22,525 nt of DNA from Zygophlyctis sp. KS116 (taxonomy: Eukaryota > Fungi > Chytridiomycota), in contig BAAFSQ010000163.1 of the NCBI GenBank assembly GCA_054661495.1, forward strand, positions 1 through 22,525. Direction: 5' to 3'. The position numbers and the translations under genes were made by a program. The first letter of the stretch is position 1. Each line of letters starts with the position of its first letter. Positions 1 through 9,266 of the stretch are shown piece after piece. Under the pieces are notes generated by a model that was not told the DNA's origin, searched no databases, and saw only the letters and a program-made list of their open reading frames with translations.

Positions 1-204
1 GCAGTCTCCAGAGCACTCATGGAACTCTCAATGTCTCTTAAACCTGCAGAGTTTGAAGTTCAGAATATTGAATTCATCGAAGAAGAACTTTTGGAAAATT
101 ATAGGATTGATTCAAGATATTCAATCTTTCAAAATGAAACTGGAAATTCTGCTACTGGTCCGAATAAGTACTCTATGGCAACTTTAAAAAATTCTGAAAA
201 TTGA
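1..204 (+). CDS. 3' end of a hypothetical protein entering from the left edge
   Basis: Frame 1 is open from base 1 (AVSRALMELSMSLKP...) to TGA at 202-204. No family motif recognised. Confidence 0.5.
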   Translation, partial: AVSRALMELSMSLKPAEFEVQNIEFIEEELLENYRIDSRYSIFQNETGNSATGPNKYSMATLKNSEN

Positions 205-271
205 TTGAATATTATTGTTGCTTTAGTAATAAAAGTAGTGAGTACTTTACAAGTTGAAAAAACAGTAATTG

Positions 272-310
272 TGAGCGTTGAACTCTGGATTTCTTTACTT
301 TCAAAAGGTT
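272..310 (+). repeat. 39-bp direct repeat, copy 1 (copy 2 at 2121-2159)
   Basis: TGAGCGTTGAACTCTGGATTTCTTTACTTTCAAAAGGTT versus TGAGAGTTGAACTCTGGATTTGATTACTTTCAAAAGATT: 35 of 39 identical, ungapped. Confidence 0.9.
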
Positions 311-600
311 ACCCTAAGCCGTGTAGAATGGCTCAGTATCTGCTTTAATCATATTCCTGAATATATGACTTGTCAAATTGTTCCTATGCTGATATCCTTG
401 CTTTCACATATAAAGCCTTGAATTAGAACTCTTATGCTCACTCTGATCATGTTGGGATTTTATGTAGACTAATAGTTTTATTTTGTCATTGAGAAGTGTG
501 TATTCTAATGCACGATCTAATCTAAAATTAGATTATGGGTCTAAAAATAGAATTCAAAGAATAGATTTAGCGCCAATGCCGCACAAGATTCCTAAAAAAA

Positions 601-903
601 ATGATCTATGTAAAAGCTTTCTTGGTTCTTCTCTCTCTCTCTCTCTCAAATGTGCTTGCAGCAACATGTAAACAAGCGGACCCGGGAGAAAAATGCAATA
701 CTGAAGCAGCACAAGCATGTGCCCAACCATGCGTTTCTGGAGGTCACTGCATAGCTGGAACCACCCAACTTAGCCTTTGTGTCATTTCAAATTTGAAGCT
801 TGGTGACGCTTGTGGCCAGGTGTATCGTCGGTGCGGTGCTGGTCTTGAATGTCGTGATAAAAAGTGCAAAGTTAAAACAGTTTACAATCCTCCTTGGAAT
901 TGA
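601..903 (+). CDS. Small secreted cysteine-rich protein (100 aa, 10 Cys)
   Basis: Signal-peptide-like N-terminus MIYVKAFLVLLSLSLSNVLA, 10 Cys in the mature region, higher GC than the flanks, intronless. Confidence 0.8.
   Translation: MIYVKAFLVLLSLSLSNVLAATCKQADPGEKCNTEAAQACAQPCVSGGHCIAGTTQLSLCVISNLKLGDACGQVYRRCGAGLECRDKKCKVKTVYNPPWN
630..647 (+). repeat. (TC)9 microsatellite inside the signal-peptide coding region
   Basis: tctctctctctctctctc encodes the LSLSLS stretch. Confidence 0.9.
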
Positions 904-1072
904 TTAGTGTAAATAAATTGCCTTGTATCATGAATCTTTGTGATTTAAGTCTTGAGATAATGGCGAAACGAAGAATTTATTTCTTAGAACACACTGTGTT
1001 CTAACACCCGTGCCGTTTTTTATTGTTCAGGATAAACTTGTCTTGATAATTCCTTCTGATATTTGACTTCGT

Positions 1073-1279
1073 TCATTTCTTGAGTCGGCCCATACCCATG
1101 CAGCTAACACAAGACGGTTTCAACTGTCTTTCAGAATAAATTCGCCCAAAAGTAACATAGGGGCAAATACTTGCAGCCAGACAGAAGGGGATATTATGAG
1201 CACAATCGAAGAGGTCTTTTGACCATCTGTGTCCTGGAATCTCTCGAGTATACACAATCGTGGTATTTCCTTGAGCCAT
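1073..1279 (-). pseudogene. Truncated PLAC8-family (Cys-rich) protein
   Basis: WSKDLFDC...C...CPYVTFGRI matches the PLAC8 N-terminal signature. It stops after 68 aa. TKSNIRRNYQ beyond the stop resembles the family's R..IR..Y motif, but I could not rebuild an intact C-terminus. Confidence 0.65.
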
Positions 1280-1281
1280 TT

Positions 1282-1432
1282 ACTGGCGAAATGATGAAAT
1301 TGCTTGGTAATGCATCATATGGAAAGTGTATAACAACATGAATCTGTCAAAATTGTTACTGAAAGCCAATATCCAAAATATATTGCAAAGAATACTTACA
1401 AATCTCATGAAGACCTTGTTGATGGATATGAG
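1282..1432 (+). mobile_element. Fossil family B (probably protein-primed) DNA polymerase fragment, Polinton/Maverick-like
   Basis: TGEMMKLLGNASYGKCIT at 1282-1335 is the PolB KxxxNxxYGK motif. After a frameshift it continues HESVKIVTESQYPKYIAKNTYKSHEDLVDGYE. Confidence 0.75.
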
Positions 1433-2042
1433 CAAACATACCGAAAATATAATTGTGTATTGTTTGTGCAGAAATATAATACACAAACAATTAGGAGAGA
1501 TTTAACCGAACACTGGATTCTATGATTGTCAGATACCAAAACTCGAGGAATACAAATAAATATATAGATGTACTGGATAATATTGTACACAATTACAACC
1601 ACACTTTTCATCAAAGTATTCAAAATATTCTGAAAGAAAGTTTCTGATGAATCCAAATTCTGGTGTTGTATTAACTAATCATTTCAAGTTTCCAAATGAC
1701 ATTCAAGTTGGTGATTATGTCCGAATCTTGAAAGAGAAGAAACAGTTTCCAGAAAGGATATGATGACAACTTTAGTAGACAAATCTACCATGAATTTTGG
1801 GAAAAGGGTATACATTCAGTCTTCAAGATGAAAACGGACATGGATTAGATAGGAAATACAAGTATTATGAATTAAGTAAAGTCACAAATGTTGAAAAGTA
1901 CCTTAATAGACAATCTGATAGAGATACCCCATTGACTAATCAGCAATAGAGAAACAGGCGTGAAATTGAATAGTTATTGGAGCACACAGTTGAACCTCTT
2001 CAGAAGAAACGTAAGATTATTTCCAGAAACTTATTTTCTTAA
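1433..2042 (+). mobile_element. Fossil retroviral-type (rve, DDE) integrase, C-terminal half, Polinton/virophage-like
   Basis: HKQLG / ERFNRTLDSMIVRYQNSRNTNKYIDVLDNIVHNYNHTFHQSI (from 1495), IQVGDYVRILKEKKQF / KGYDDNFSRQIY, and GYTFSLQDENGHGLDRKYKYYELSKV. Several frameshifts and in-frame TAG stops. The left boundary is approximate. Confidence 0.85.
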
Positions 2043-2120
2043 AGTATTTTATGACACTTGATATAAAAACAATTAAGAGATACAGAGATTACATGGCTTA
2101 TGTACGAAAATGGGAAGAAC

Positions 2121-2159
2121 TGAGAGTTGAACTCTGGATTTGATTACTTTCAAAAGATT
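2121..2159 (+). repeat. 39-bp direct repeat, copy 2
   Basis: 35 of 39 identical to 272-310. Confidence 0.9.
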
Positions 2160-2206
2160 GGATAAGCGCAAAGCACATGAAGCGTTATCAATTGTAAAAT
2201 ATTGAG

Positions 2207-2437
2207 ATGTCTGAAAACGTTGATTTTACGTATGTTTTTGTCACAGTCTTTATGTTTCTTGGTTTGCTGGTATTAATAAGTGCATTCTGTTTTTTAGTAC
2301 CTTTAACGTACAAAAGAATGAAAAGACTATTTGCTTTACAGGATAAAATTTTGGAAAATAGTAACATTAACATAGGATATTCACTCAATATTTCTCCTAT
2401 TGCCAACACCCACTCTATGGTAAATACTGAAAAATAA
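2207..2437 (+). CDS. Small single-pass membrane protein (76 aa), hypothetical
   Basis: One long hydrophobic segment followed by basic KRMKR (positive-inside pattern). No family recognised. Confidence 0.45.
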   Translation: MSENVDFTYVFVTVFMFLGLLVLISAFCFLVPLTYKRMKRLFALQDKILENSNINIGYSLNISPIANTHSMVNTEK

Positions 2438-2665
2438 TGGAATCATGGAATCATGTAAATGGAATAAAATTGTATTTTTATATTGTAAAAAGTTGATCTA
2501 TAATGAGACTTTAATCGGATCTTACAAGATTCGCAGGAGACTAGATTTACGATTTGCGATTGTCCAGGCGAATCGATGACTGCTTTAAGCGCTGATATAC
2601 GTTAAGCCTGAAAGCCATAGATTCAATAGAATCACAAGCCTGCGACTGGTTAATCATAATTTTAA

Positions 2666-3514
2666 ATGAAATATACTTTGGTATCTGGTTTGATCGCTGC
2701 TACATTAGCTCTTGGATTTCCAATAATTCAAAATGATCAAGACTTTGATGGGTTTGATGTCGATGGTGGATTTGATGGCATTGATGGATTTGACTTTAAT
2801 GAAAAAGTTATCAGTCGAAATAATCCATGGGAGAAACCATTGCCATCAGACTCTATGGCACCATGTCCTTTTCTTAATTCAGCCCGTAATCACGGATTGT
2901 TACCAAGATCCGGACGTAATGTAACAACAGATGAGATTTATAATGTTTTGACAAATGTTGCTGGATTAGACGAGTCGATTTCTAATTTTTTAATTAAAAA
3001 TATAATGGACATTGGGTATACTAATGAACAAGGACAAAAAGTGTTGGATTTTGATTCTCTTCAAAAGTAATTTTAAATTTATAACATTATTAGACATGGT
3101 GTATTTGAACATGATGCATCTCTTTCAAGATTTGATTCTGATGTTGGGAATAATACAATCTTTAATGAGGAAATTTACTCGCATATTAAACAATTTACTA
3201 CAGAGAAAAATGGCCGAGAGTATCTGACATTAAGAGGATTGGGAAAGTTTCGAAGATTTAGACAAAATGAATGTAAGAAGCAACATCCTCAAACTTTTGC
3301 TTTTGGACTTCAGGCTCAAGTAACTGCTGCTGGAGAGGCAGCTCTGATCTATAATATTTTCAAGGATGCAACTGGTGATATTAGAATGGATTGGTTGGAT
3401 ATGTTCTTTACGCAAGAAAGATTTCCTTTTGAGCTGGAATGGAATTTTGGGAAAGTTTCTCTTAAACAACTCTTGTCCATCAGTTCAATGATTATGTTTT
3501 ATCAAAATATATAA
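2666..3514 (+). CDS. Secreted heme-thiolate peroxidase / short-type unspecific peroxygenase (273 aa)
   Basis: Signal peptide and PCP heme-ligand motif (APCPFLNSARNHGLLPRSG). Removing the 27-nt intron 3067-3093 gives KHGVFEHDASLSRFD (EHD motif). Probable catalytic Glu in AAGEAA. Confidence 0.93.
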
Positions 3515-3625
3515 ATCTGATTCTATAAAAATTAAAAGATTCTATAATTCCAAGATCTACCGAGTCATGCAGATCTTTACACACTTTGGATCGGACAGAA
3601 GCTTTCTCGTAGACTTTTCCTGATA

Positions 3626-4137
3626 ATGATATCTCTTGGATTTATAGTAGAGAACCACTTCCTCTTATTATTTCCTCTGATTCTTTCCCAATTCTCAGCA
3701 TCTTGTCTGTTGCATTTCCCAAAATCCAAAGATTTCCTTGGAAAATATTTGATGGGAATTTTAGGAACTGTGGATCCTCTAGCCATTTCTAAATGGTACT
3801 CTGGATCTATTTATTCCCTTGGAATATTAACTCTCTTGCTAGAAATCATGAAATCTTCAATGGGTTATGAAAAATTAAAGATTGAAACTGGAAATTTTAT
3901 TACAGATACTTTTTTGAAAAATCAGTATACAATAACTTCAGTGATCTTGAGTCTCCAATATCTCAATTTAGTATTTGAAAATGTAATTTTATATTAAATA
4001 ATTTCTAGACAATGTTAAAAAAGTATGATTTTCTGATTGATCTTGCACTTTTTGCAGTCACAAGCTTGAATCTAGTTGTCCGAATGGTGAAAACTGTTCA
4101 AGAGAAATCCTCCTCGGTTCGTGTCAAAATTGACTAG
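3626..4137 (+). CDS. Hypothetical multi-pass membrane protein (161 aa)
   Basis: The ORF from 3626 joins through the 26-nt GT-AG intron 3983-4008 in frame to TMLKKYDFLIDLALFAVTSLNLVVRMVK...RVKID*. Several hydrophobic segments. Start codon uncertain. Confidence 0.6.
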
Positions 4138-4233
4138 GGTAAATGTTGAGGTTTTACATTTGTTTTATGAAAAAAAACCGTTGCAATTTAAATTTAATAT
4201 TATGTAGTGAATGCGTCCTCTGGCCATCTTTAT

Positions 4234-4355
4234 TTTTTCTAATTTTTCTAATTTTTCTAATTTTTCTAATTTTTCTAATTTTTCTGATTTTTCTAAATTT
4301 TCTAAATTTAAGTACAAAAGCACTAAAGCACTAAATTTAAGTACTAAAGCACTAA
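4234..4355 (+). repeat. Tandem 9-mer (TTTTTCTAA) in about 8 copies, followed by AAAGCACT repeats
   Basis: Directly visible, intergenic, upstream of taxilin. Confidence 0.9.
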
Positions 4356-4402
4356 TATTTTAGCATGAAGAATAATGAGTTTATAGGGCTACAATTGAGA
4401 AA

Positions 4403-5305
4403 ATGAAAATTCCAGTTCAAGTTTTATCTGAAATGTCTACAGAAATGTCTAAACAGGGAAAATTAGAAAATCTAGCAAGAGAATTATCAAAAGAACTTGC
4501 CATTGAAAGGAAAAAAACAGAAATTTTAAAGTTAAAAATTCAAGATTTAAGTGAAAAACTGGAAAAATTCAAGGATTTCTCTGATAAATTCCAGGAATTC
4601 CAACAGGATAATTCTACAAGACAGGAAAAATTACAAGATTTAGTTACAATACAACAGGAACAAATTCAAAATTTCAAGGAAAACTCTGTAAAATCTCAAT
4701 CTGTCTTGGAAAATCTACAGTCTTATTCTCTAGATCTCTTGGAAAAATTAAAAGTTTCAACTGGAAATGAAAATTCTTACAAGATTCAAGTGGAAAATTA
4801 CAAGACTGAAATTGAAAAAATGGGTTCAGAATTTAAGAAATACAAGACACAATTTGATACATTTCTGTCAAGTTTCAAGAAATCAGAAAAATCTAATCTA
4901 CAATTAAAAGAAAGAATTCAAAAAGTGAATTCAAATTTACTTTTAGTTGTTCAAGAGTCTCAAGGAAAATCTGAAGAAATTATAAAGCTACAAAAAGAAA
5001 ATCAGAAATTGAAAAGTCTTTGTAGAGCTCTGCAGTTCAAGTCAAATTCTGATATTTCCACTCAAGAAGAGTTTTGTGATTCAAAGATCAAGTCTCAAGA
5101 GTCTCCATCTGTCAAGGAAGAGTCTCTGAATGTTGATGTAGGAACTCAAGATTTATCACAGGATTTATCACAGGATGTTGATAAAGAATCTCAAAAACTG
5201 GAGGATTTGGATGAAAAATCAATGTTTCAAAATTTAGATTCTTGTATTATTGAATCTGCCTCCAAAGATTTTGGGTCTAGTACAGAATCTTCATCCCATT
5301 CTTGA
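4403..5305 (+). CDS. Taxilin-family coiled-coil protein (300 aa)
   Basis: KLENLARELS near the start, QFDTFLSSFKKSEKSN and KLKSLCRALQ, all typical of taxilin. Acidic tail. Confidence 0.75.
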   Translation: MKIPVQVLSEMSTEMSKQGKLENLARELSKELAIERKKTEILKLKIQDLSEKLEKFKDFSDKFQEFQQDNSTRQEKLQDLVTIQQEQIQNFKENSVKSQSVLENLQSYSLDLLEKLKVSTGNENSYKIQVENYKTEIEKMGSEFKKYKTQFDTFLSSFKKSEKSNLQLKERIQKVNSNLLLVVQESQGKSEEIIKLQKENQKLKSLCRALQFKSNSDISTQEEFCDSKIKSQESPSVKEESLNVDVGTQDLSQDLSQDVDKESQKLEDLDEKSMFQNLDSCIIESASKDFGSSTESSSHS

Positions 5306-5879
5306 TTCCAGGATGAATCAGTCATATTCATGGTAGGTTCATGCTCTAAAATATCTTCAAGAGTTGAATTAAGTTGGGAAATAGTATAGTCTGCCGTGTA
5401 TTTTTGTACTAAAATCCATATCTTATAAGCATACCGTTTTAGAAATATTTCTTCAGGGATTCTAAAAGTTAGAAATTAAAATTACAGTTTAGGAACAATA
5501 TCATATCTCATCTTTGCAAGAGCAGGATCTAATTTCAAGAGAACTGCTGCAACAGGAACAAACTCTGGCATTGAGAATTCAAACATTGAGTTTTTAGGGA
5601 TTTCAGTCATGAAATTGTCCTTGTTCTATCGATAAGAGAATATCATAATACATTTGATAATAAAAGTATTTCATGTCTTAGAGAATCTTGCTCCTGGGCA
5701 GATAGATTGTCCCATGGCATAACAATAACATTGGTTGTTTTAAGAGATTTCGTAGGTTTAGAATTGGTTTCAAACTCATTCAAGATTCGGACAACATTGT
5801 TGAAAGAACTTAATTTCTTTCCAATGTTTCCAAGAGGTAACCATTCAGGATTAGTTTGTGCAAATACTTTATTGAACAT
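5227..5879 (-). CDS. BSD-domain protein, SYAP1-like (200 aa)
   Basis: Introns 5626-5651 and 5462-5485. Spliced product reads PW...LRHEILLLSNNKDNF...AAVLLKLDPALAKMRYDIVPKLIPEEIFLKRYAYKI. Spliced length 603 nt. Confidence 0.85.
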
Positions 5880-8012
5880 GCAGCGATAACTGTTTTAAAA
5901 AGGAAAACGCCAAATCGGAAATAATAGAATCTTGAGAATTGGTCCAGTCTAACGCCATTTCTGCAACGGCTTCTATTTCTGAAGCTGTGAATTCAGACTT
6001 TAAAAGAGTTGGTGATAAAGATGTTACAATCATTATCAACGCCTCCAATACTCCAGATCTGATAGGAGCAGGACAATTCTTAAACTGAAGAATTACATTA
6101 AAGAGATCACGACTCATGCCGCGAATATTAGGACTATTTGCTAAGACTCAGTAGTATTAGAAATTACCTGAACATTGTAGAATAAGACCAAGGGTGGATA
6201 AAGTACGAGAAATGAAAATAAAAGAGATTGATGTTCCATCATTACATGACCTAATTTAAGATAAATCAGCATACCATTTGTGAATTTGTGATATTAAAGG
6301 ATTGAAAAAGTATACACACAATTCAGAAAACGTTTTAGAATTTTTAAATGGCACGATTTCTCCACTAAGGGAAATTAGACCAAGTTTCTCCCTTGAAACT
6401 TTAGGCTGCTGACTTAATTCAACGCATGCATATCCTAGAGATAATAACATATCCATTCTTTGCATCATTCCAGAATTTCTGCTATATATCTGTTTTGCAA
6501 AATATCTATGTATTTAAAATAATAATAAAATACATTGGCATTGTTTTCGGCAAACGCATCAAAAGAGAAATCATGGCTTTCATTCTGTTATCATTCAAAC
6601 TTTGAATCTCATAATCATTTGTGAAATAAATGATCTTTTCTGCAATTTTTTCCCCGATTTCATCTAAATCTTTAAATTTAAAAAATTACTCATTTGAATT
6701 TCTGACGCTGTCATAATCAAACTAGGCAAAGAAGCCATTGACAATTCAATTTTTTCAGGATCTGCAGCATCTCCAGACTTTAAAAGTTCCAAAGAGTCTT
6801 GTAAATACTTGAATGACTTTATCATTTCTCGGCTTGGAGTTACTAGAGATTTTTTAGAGTCTTTGTTACTAATCTCTGATTCTTTGTCGCTATTAAAGTC
6901 TTTAGAATCATGAATATTCTCCATTGAACAAGTCATCCAAATCTTGAATTCCTCGACATGTTGCTTTTTCAATTCAAAATCTAATTTTTGATCATCTTTT
7001 ACTTTTTCAGAATAAAATTGACCAATAATCATCCCACAGTTTCTGATAATGAGACTGCTTGAATCAAGATATAGAGAAACTCCTTTGATAAATATATTAA
7101 AAGGTTACCATTTATAACTTGTAATTTTAGATTTGCAATAAATGGTTCCCCTAAATGCTCTAAAGCCAGCAATAAGAAATTCGTGTAATTTACACAACTT
7201 TTGACAGAATTTGACAATATTAACTTTGAATTTCCCCAATTCCTAATCAAACTTTTTGTAAACTGTACCAGATATTCTTGATTTACAGAAATAGAATGAA
7301 TCAATAAATGCATTCTTTGATAGTCTTGAAATTTTTGAAAAAATCTATTTTCCAAAACCATTTTTAGTGAATATTCTTGATTATCCTTTATCCTAATCAT
7401 ATTTGTAAATCTATGACAATTTTGAAGAAACCCAAAACTAATTTCAGAAACTAAAAAATCCAAATAATAAACCAAAAACAATTCCTGTTCATACATTGTC
7501 AACTTTAACAGTAGATTTGCAATTATATGAATAGACACCTCTTCAGACCCACTATTAGCCAAAGATTTAAAAAACAATTGTAAATTCCCAGTCCTTGTAA
7601 CCTTTTCCAAAAACTTTTCTAATTCTATTCCAGATCTAGAACCATTTAAAACCATCAAGAAATCTGTAAATACTCTTGATAAATCCAAAGAATATCTTGA
7701 ATTTATAGAAAATATTAAATTTATCCATTCTTCCCAATCCCTTTCCGACACTGTTTGCACCCAAATCCACTTTATAGAGTAAAATTCCATTAAAATTTCT
7801 ACATAATATTTCTCTTTAAATTTCAAAAATAGTTTCAAAATCTTTAAAAGATCTGCTAAATCCAATGGAAGAAAGAGATCATCAATCAATAGTTCCTGTT
7901 CCAATGGATTCAGTTGATTCCTTATTGCATCTATATTTTCTAGAATTAATCTTCTTAAAGACTGTATGTTTGTCCTTGTTACAACTGATCTTGCATTGAG
8001 CAATTGTTGCAT
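5869..8012 (-). CDS. TEL2: Telomere length regulation protein Tel2 (TTT complex), 670 aa
   Basis: Introns 7083-7108, 6664-6689, 6506-6533, 6251-6274 and 6141-6167. Motifs NGVSLYLDSSSLIIRNCGMIIGQ and QRMDMLLSLGYACVELS. Spliced length 2013 nt. Confidence 0.82.
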
Positions 8013-8014
8013 CA

Positions 8015-8215
8015 CTTACTTATCCTTACTTATCCTTACTTACCTTATAATTTCTTATAAAATTCTTTATAATTCTTTATAATTTCTAATAATTTCTTAT
8101 AATTTCTTATAATTCTAATATAATTTCTTATAAAATTTCTTATAAAATTTCTTATAATTCTAATAAAATTCTAATAAAATTCTTTATAATTCTTTATAAA
8201 ATTCTAATAAAATTA
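8015..8215. repeat. Low-complexity tandem repeats filling the divergent TEL2 / Rad60-like promoter
   Basis: (CTTACTTATC) in about 3 copies, then degenerate TTCTTATAAT / TTCTAATAAAA units. The plus strand has no G for about 200 nt. Confidence 0.85.
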
Positions 8216-8228
8216 GTCAAAAAGATAA

Positions 8229-9263
8229 ATGGAAATTATCAGTTCGAGTCCAGAGACAGAGACAGACTCACGCAAGAAAATTAGAAGAAAAAAGTCAGAT
8301 TCAGACTCTGAGGAAATTGTTTCTAGAAATCCTCAAAGAAATTTCAGGAAAAAGATTTCTTCAAAAGTTTCTGGAAAAGATTTCTTTGATTTTAATGATG
8401 GATTTACAAAATTAAAACCAAGTCTTGATACAATTTCTACTCTAGATAACTCTATGGTCGAGTCTAGTCTATTAAAATTAAAACATGAAAACCCCAACAA
8501 GGCTGACAGTCCAGAACCGCTAAAGTCTGACTCTGATGGCTCAATAACTCCTCCGCCTGCAATCTTTCAACAAGAGGAATTGAAAAGTGTATTTTCTAGA
8601 CTGAAAAACTTTAAGCCGGTTCAAAAAAAAACTAGTGTAATTTCTATAAAACCTCTAGACTCTAAAACTCTAAAAATTTCAGTGATTTTAAAGACTTGGC
8701 CAGAAACAATAGACAAGGAAATATTTTCAAATTCTATAGATTCTATGGAACCTTTTCGTAATCTTTTAAAGAAACTCGATATTTTACTAGATAAACAAGT
8801 GGTTCTAGTCTATAAAAATACTAGAATTTATCCTTCATCAACTCCAAAATCATTAGAATATTTAGGCCTAAGTAGTGATTCTACACCATTGATTTGTTAT
8901 TCTCTACTAGATTTTAATAGTTTTCAATCATTCTTGTCTGAAAAGAAATTGGAATTACTCTCGGATCAGACTACTAGACACGATTTACAAGATGATTTAC
9001 AAGATTTACAAGATGATGATTCCCTTAATATCAAAATTCTAGATAAATTTGGTTCTACTCTCAAATTAGCTGCTAAAGAGGTATTTTGAATTTTATTAAT
9101 TTAAAAGACTACTCTTGTAGATCAAATCCTATTAAAGTGGTCAGAGAATTTTAATAAGCCTTTGGAGAGCTTTAAATTGCAGTCTCAAGGTGATTTTATT
9201 ACTGGATCTTTAAAAGATGCAGATGTAGAAGATGGTGATGTTTTGGAAATATTTTATATTTAA
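8229..9263 (+). CDS. Rad60/Esc2/NIP45-like protein with C-terminal SUMO-like domains (335 aa)
   Basis: Disordered S/K/D-rich N-terminus and a first ubiquitin-like region (LVYKNTRIYPSSTPKSL). The 27-nt intron 9081-9107 completes a second domain ending SLKDADVEDGDVLEI. Confidence 0.78.
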
Positions 9264-9266
9264 ATG

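Noticed and set aside
1280-1656. Minus-strand ORFs 1280-1486 and 1405-1656
   Set aside because: Antisense shadows of the polymerase and integrase relics, with no motifs of their own.
4020-4137. Relatively GC-rich stretch considered as an snRNA, snoRNA or RNase P/MRP gene
   Set aside because: No U1-U6, U3 or RNase P/MRP signature found. It is explained as exon 2 of the 3626-4137 gene.
4143-4334. 63 aa ORF with FLIFLIFLI repeats
   Set aside because: A by-product of the TTTTTCTAA tandem repeat.
8015-8045. CTTACTTATC repeats next to TEL2 considered as interstitial telomere sequence
   Set aside because: They do not match TTAGGG-type repeats and there are only about 3 copies.
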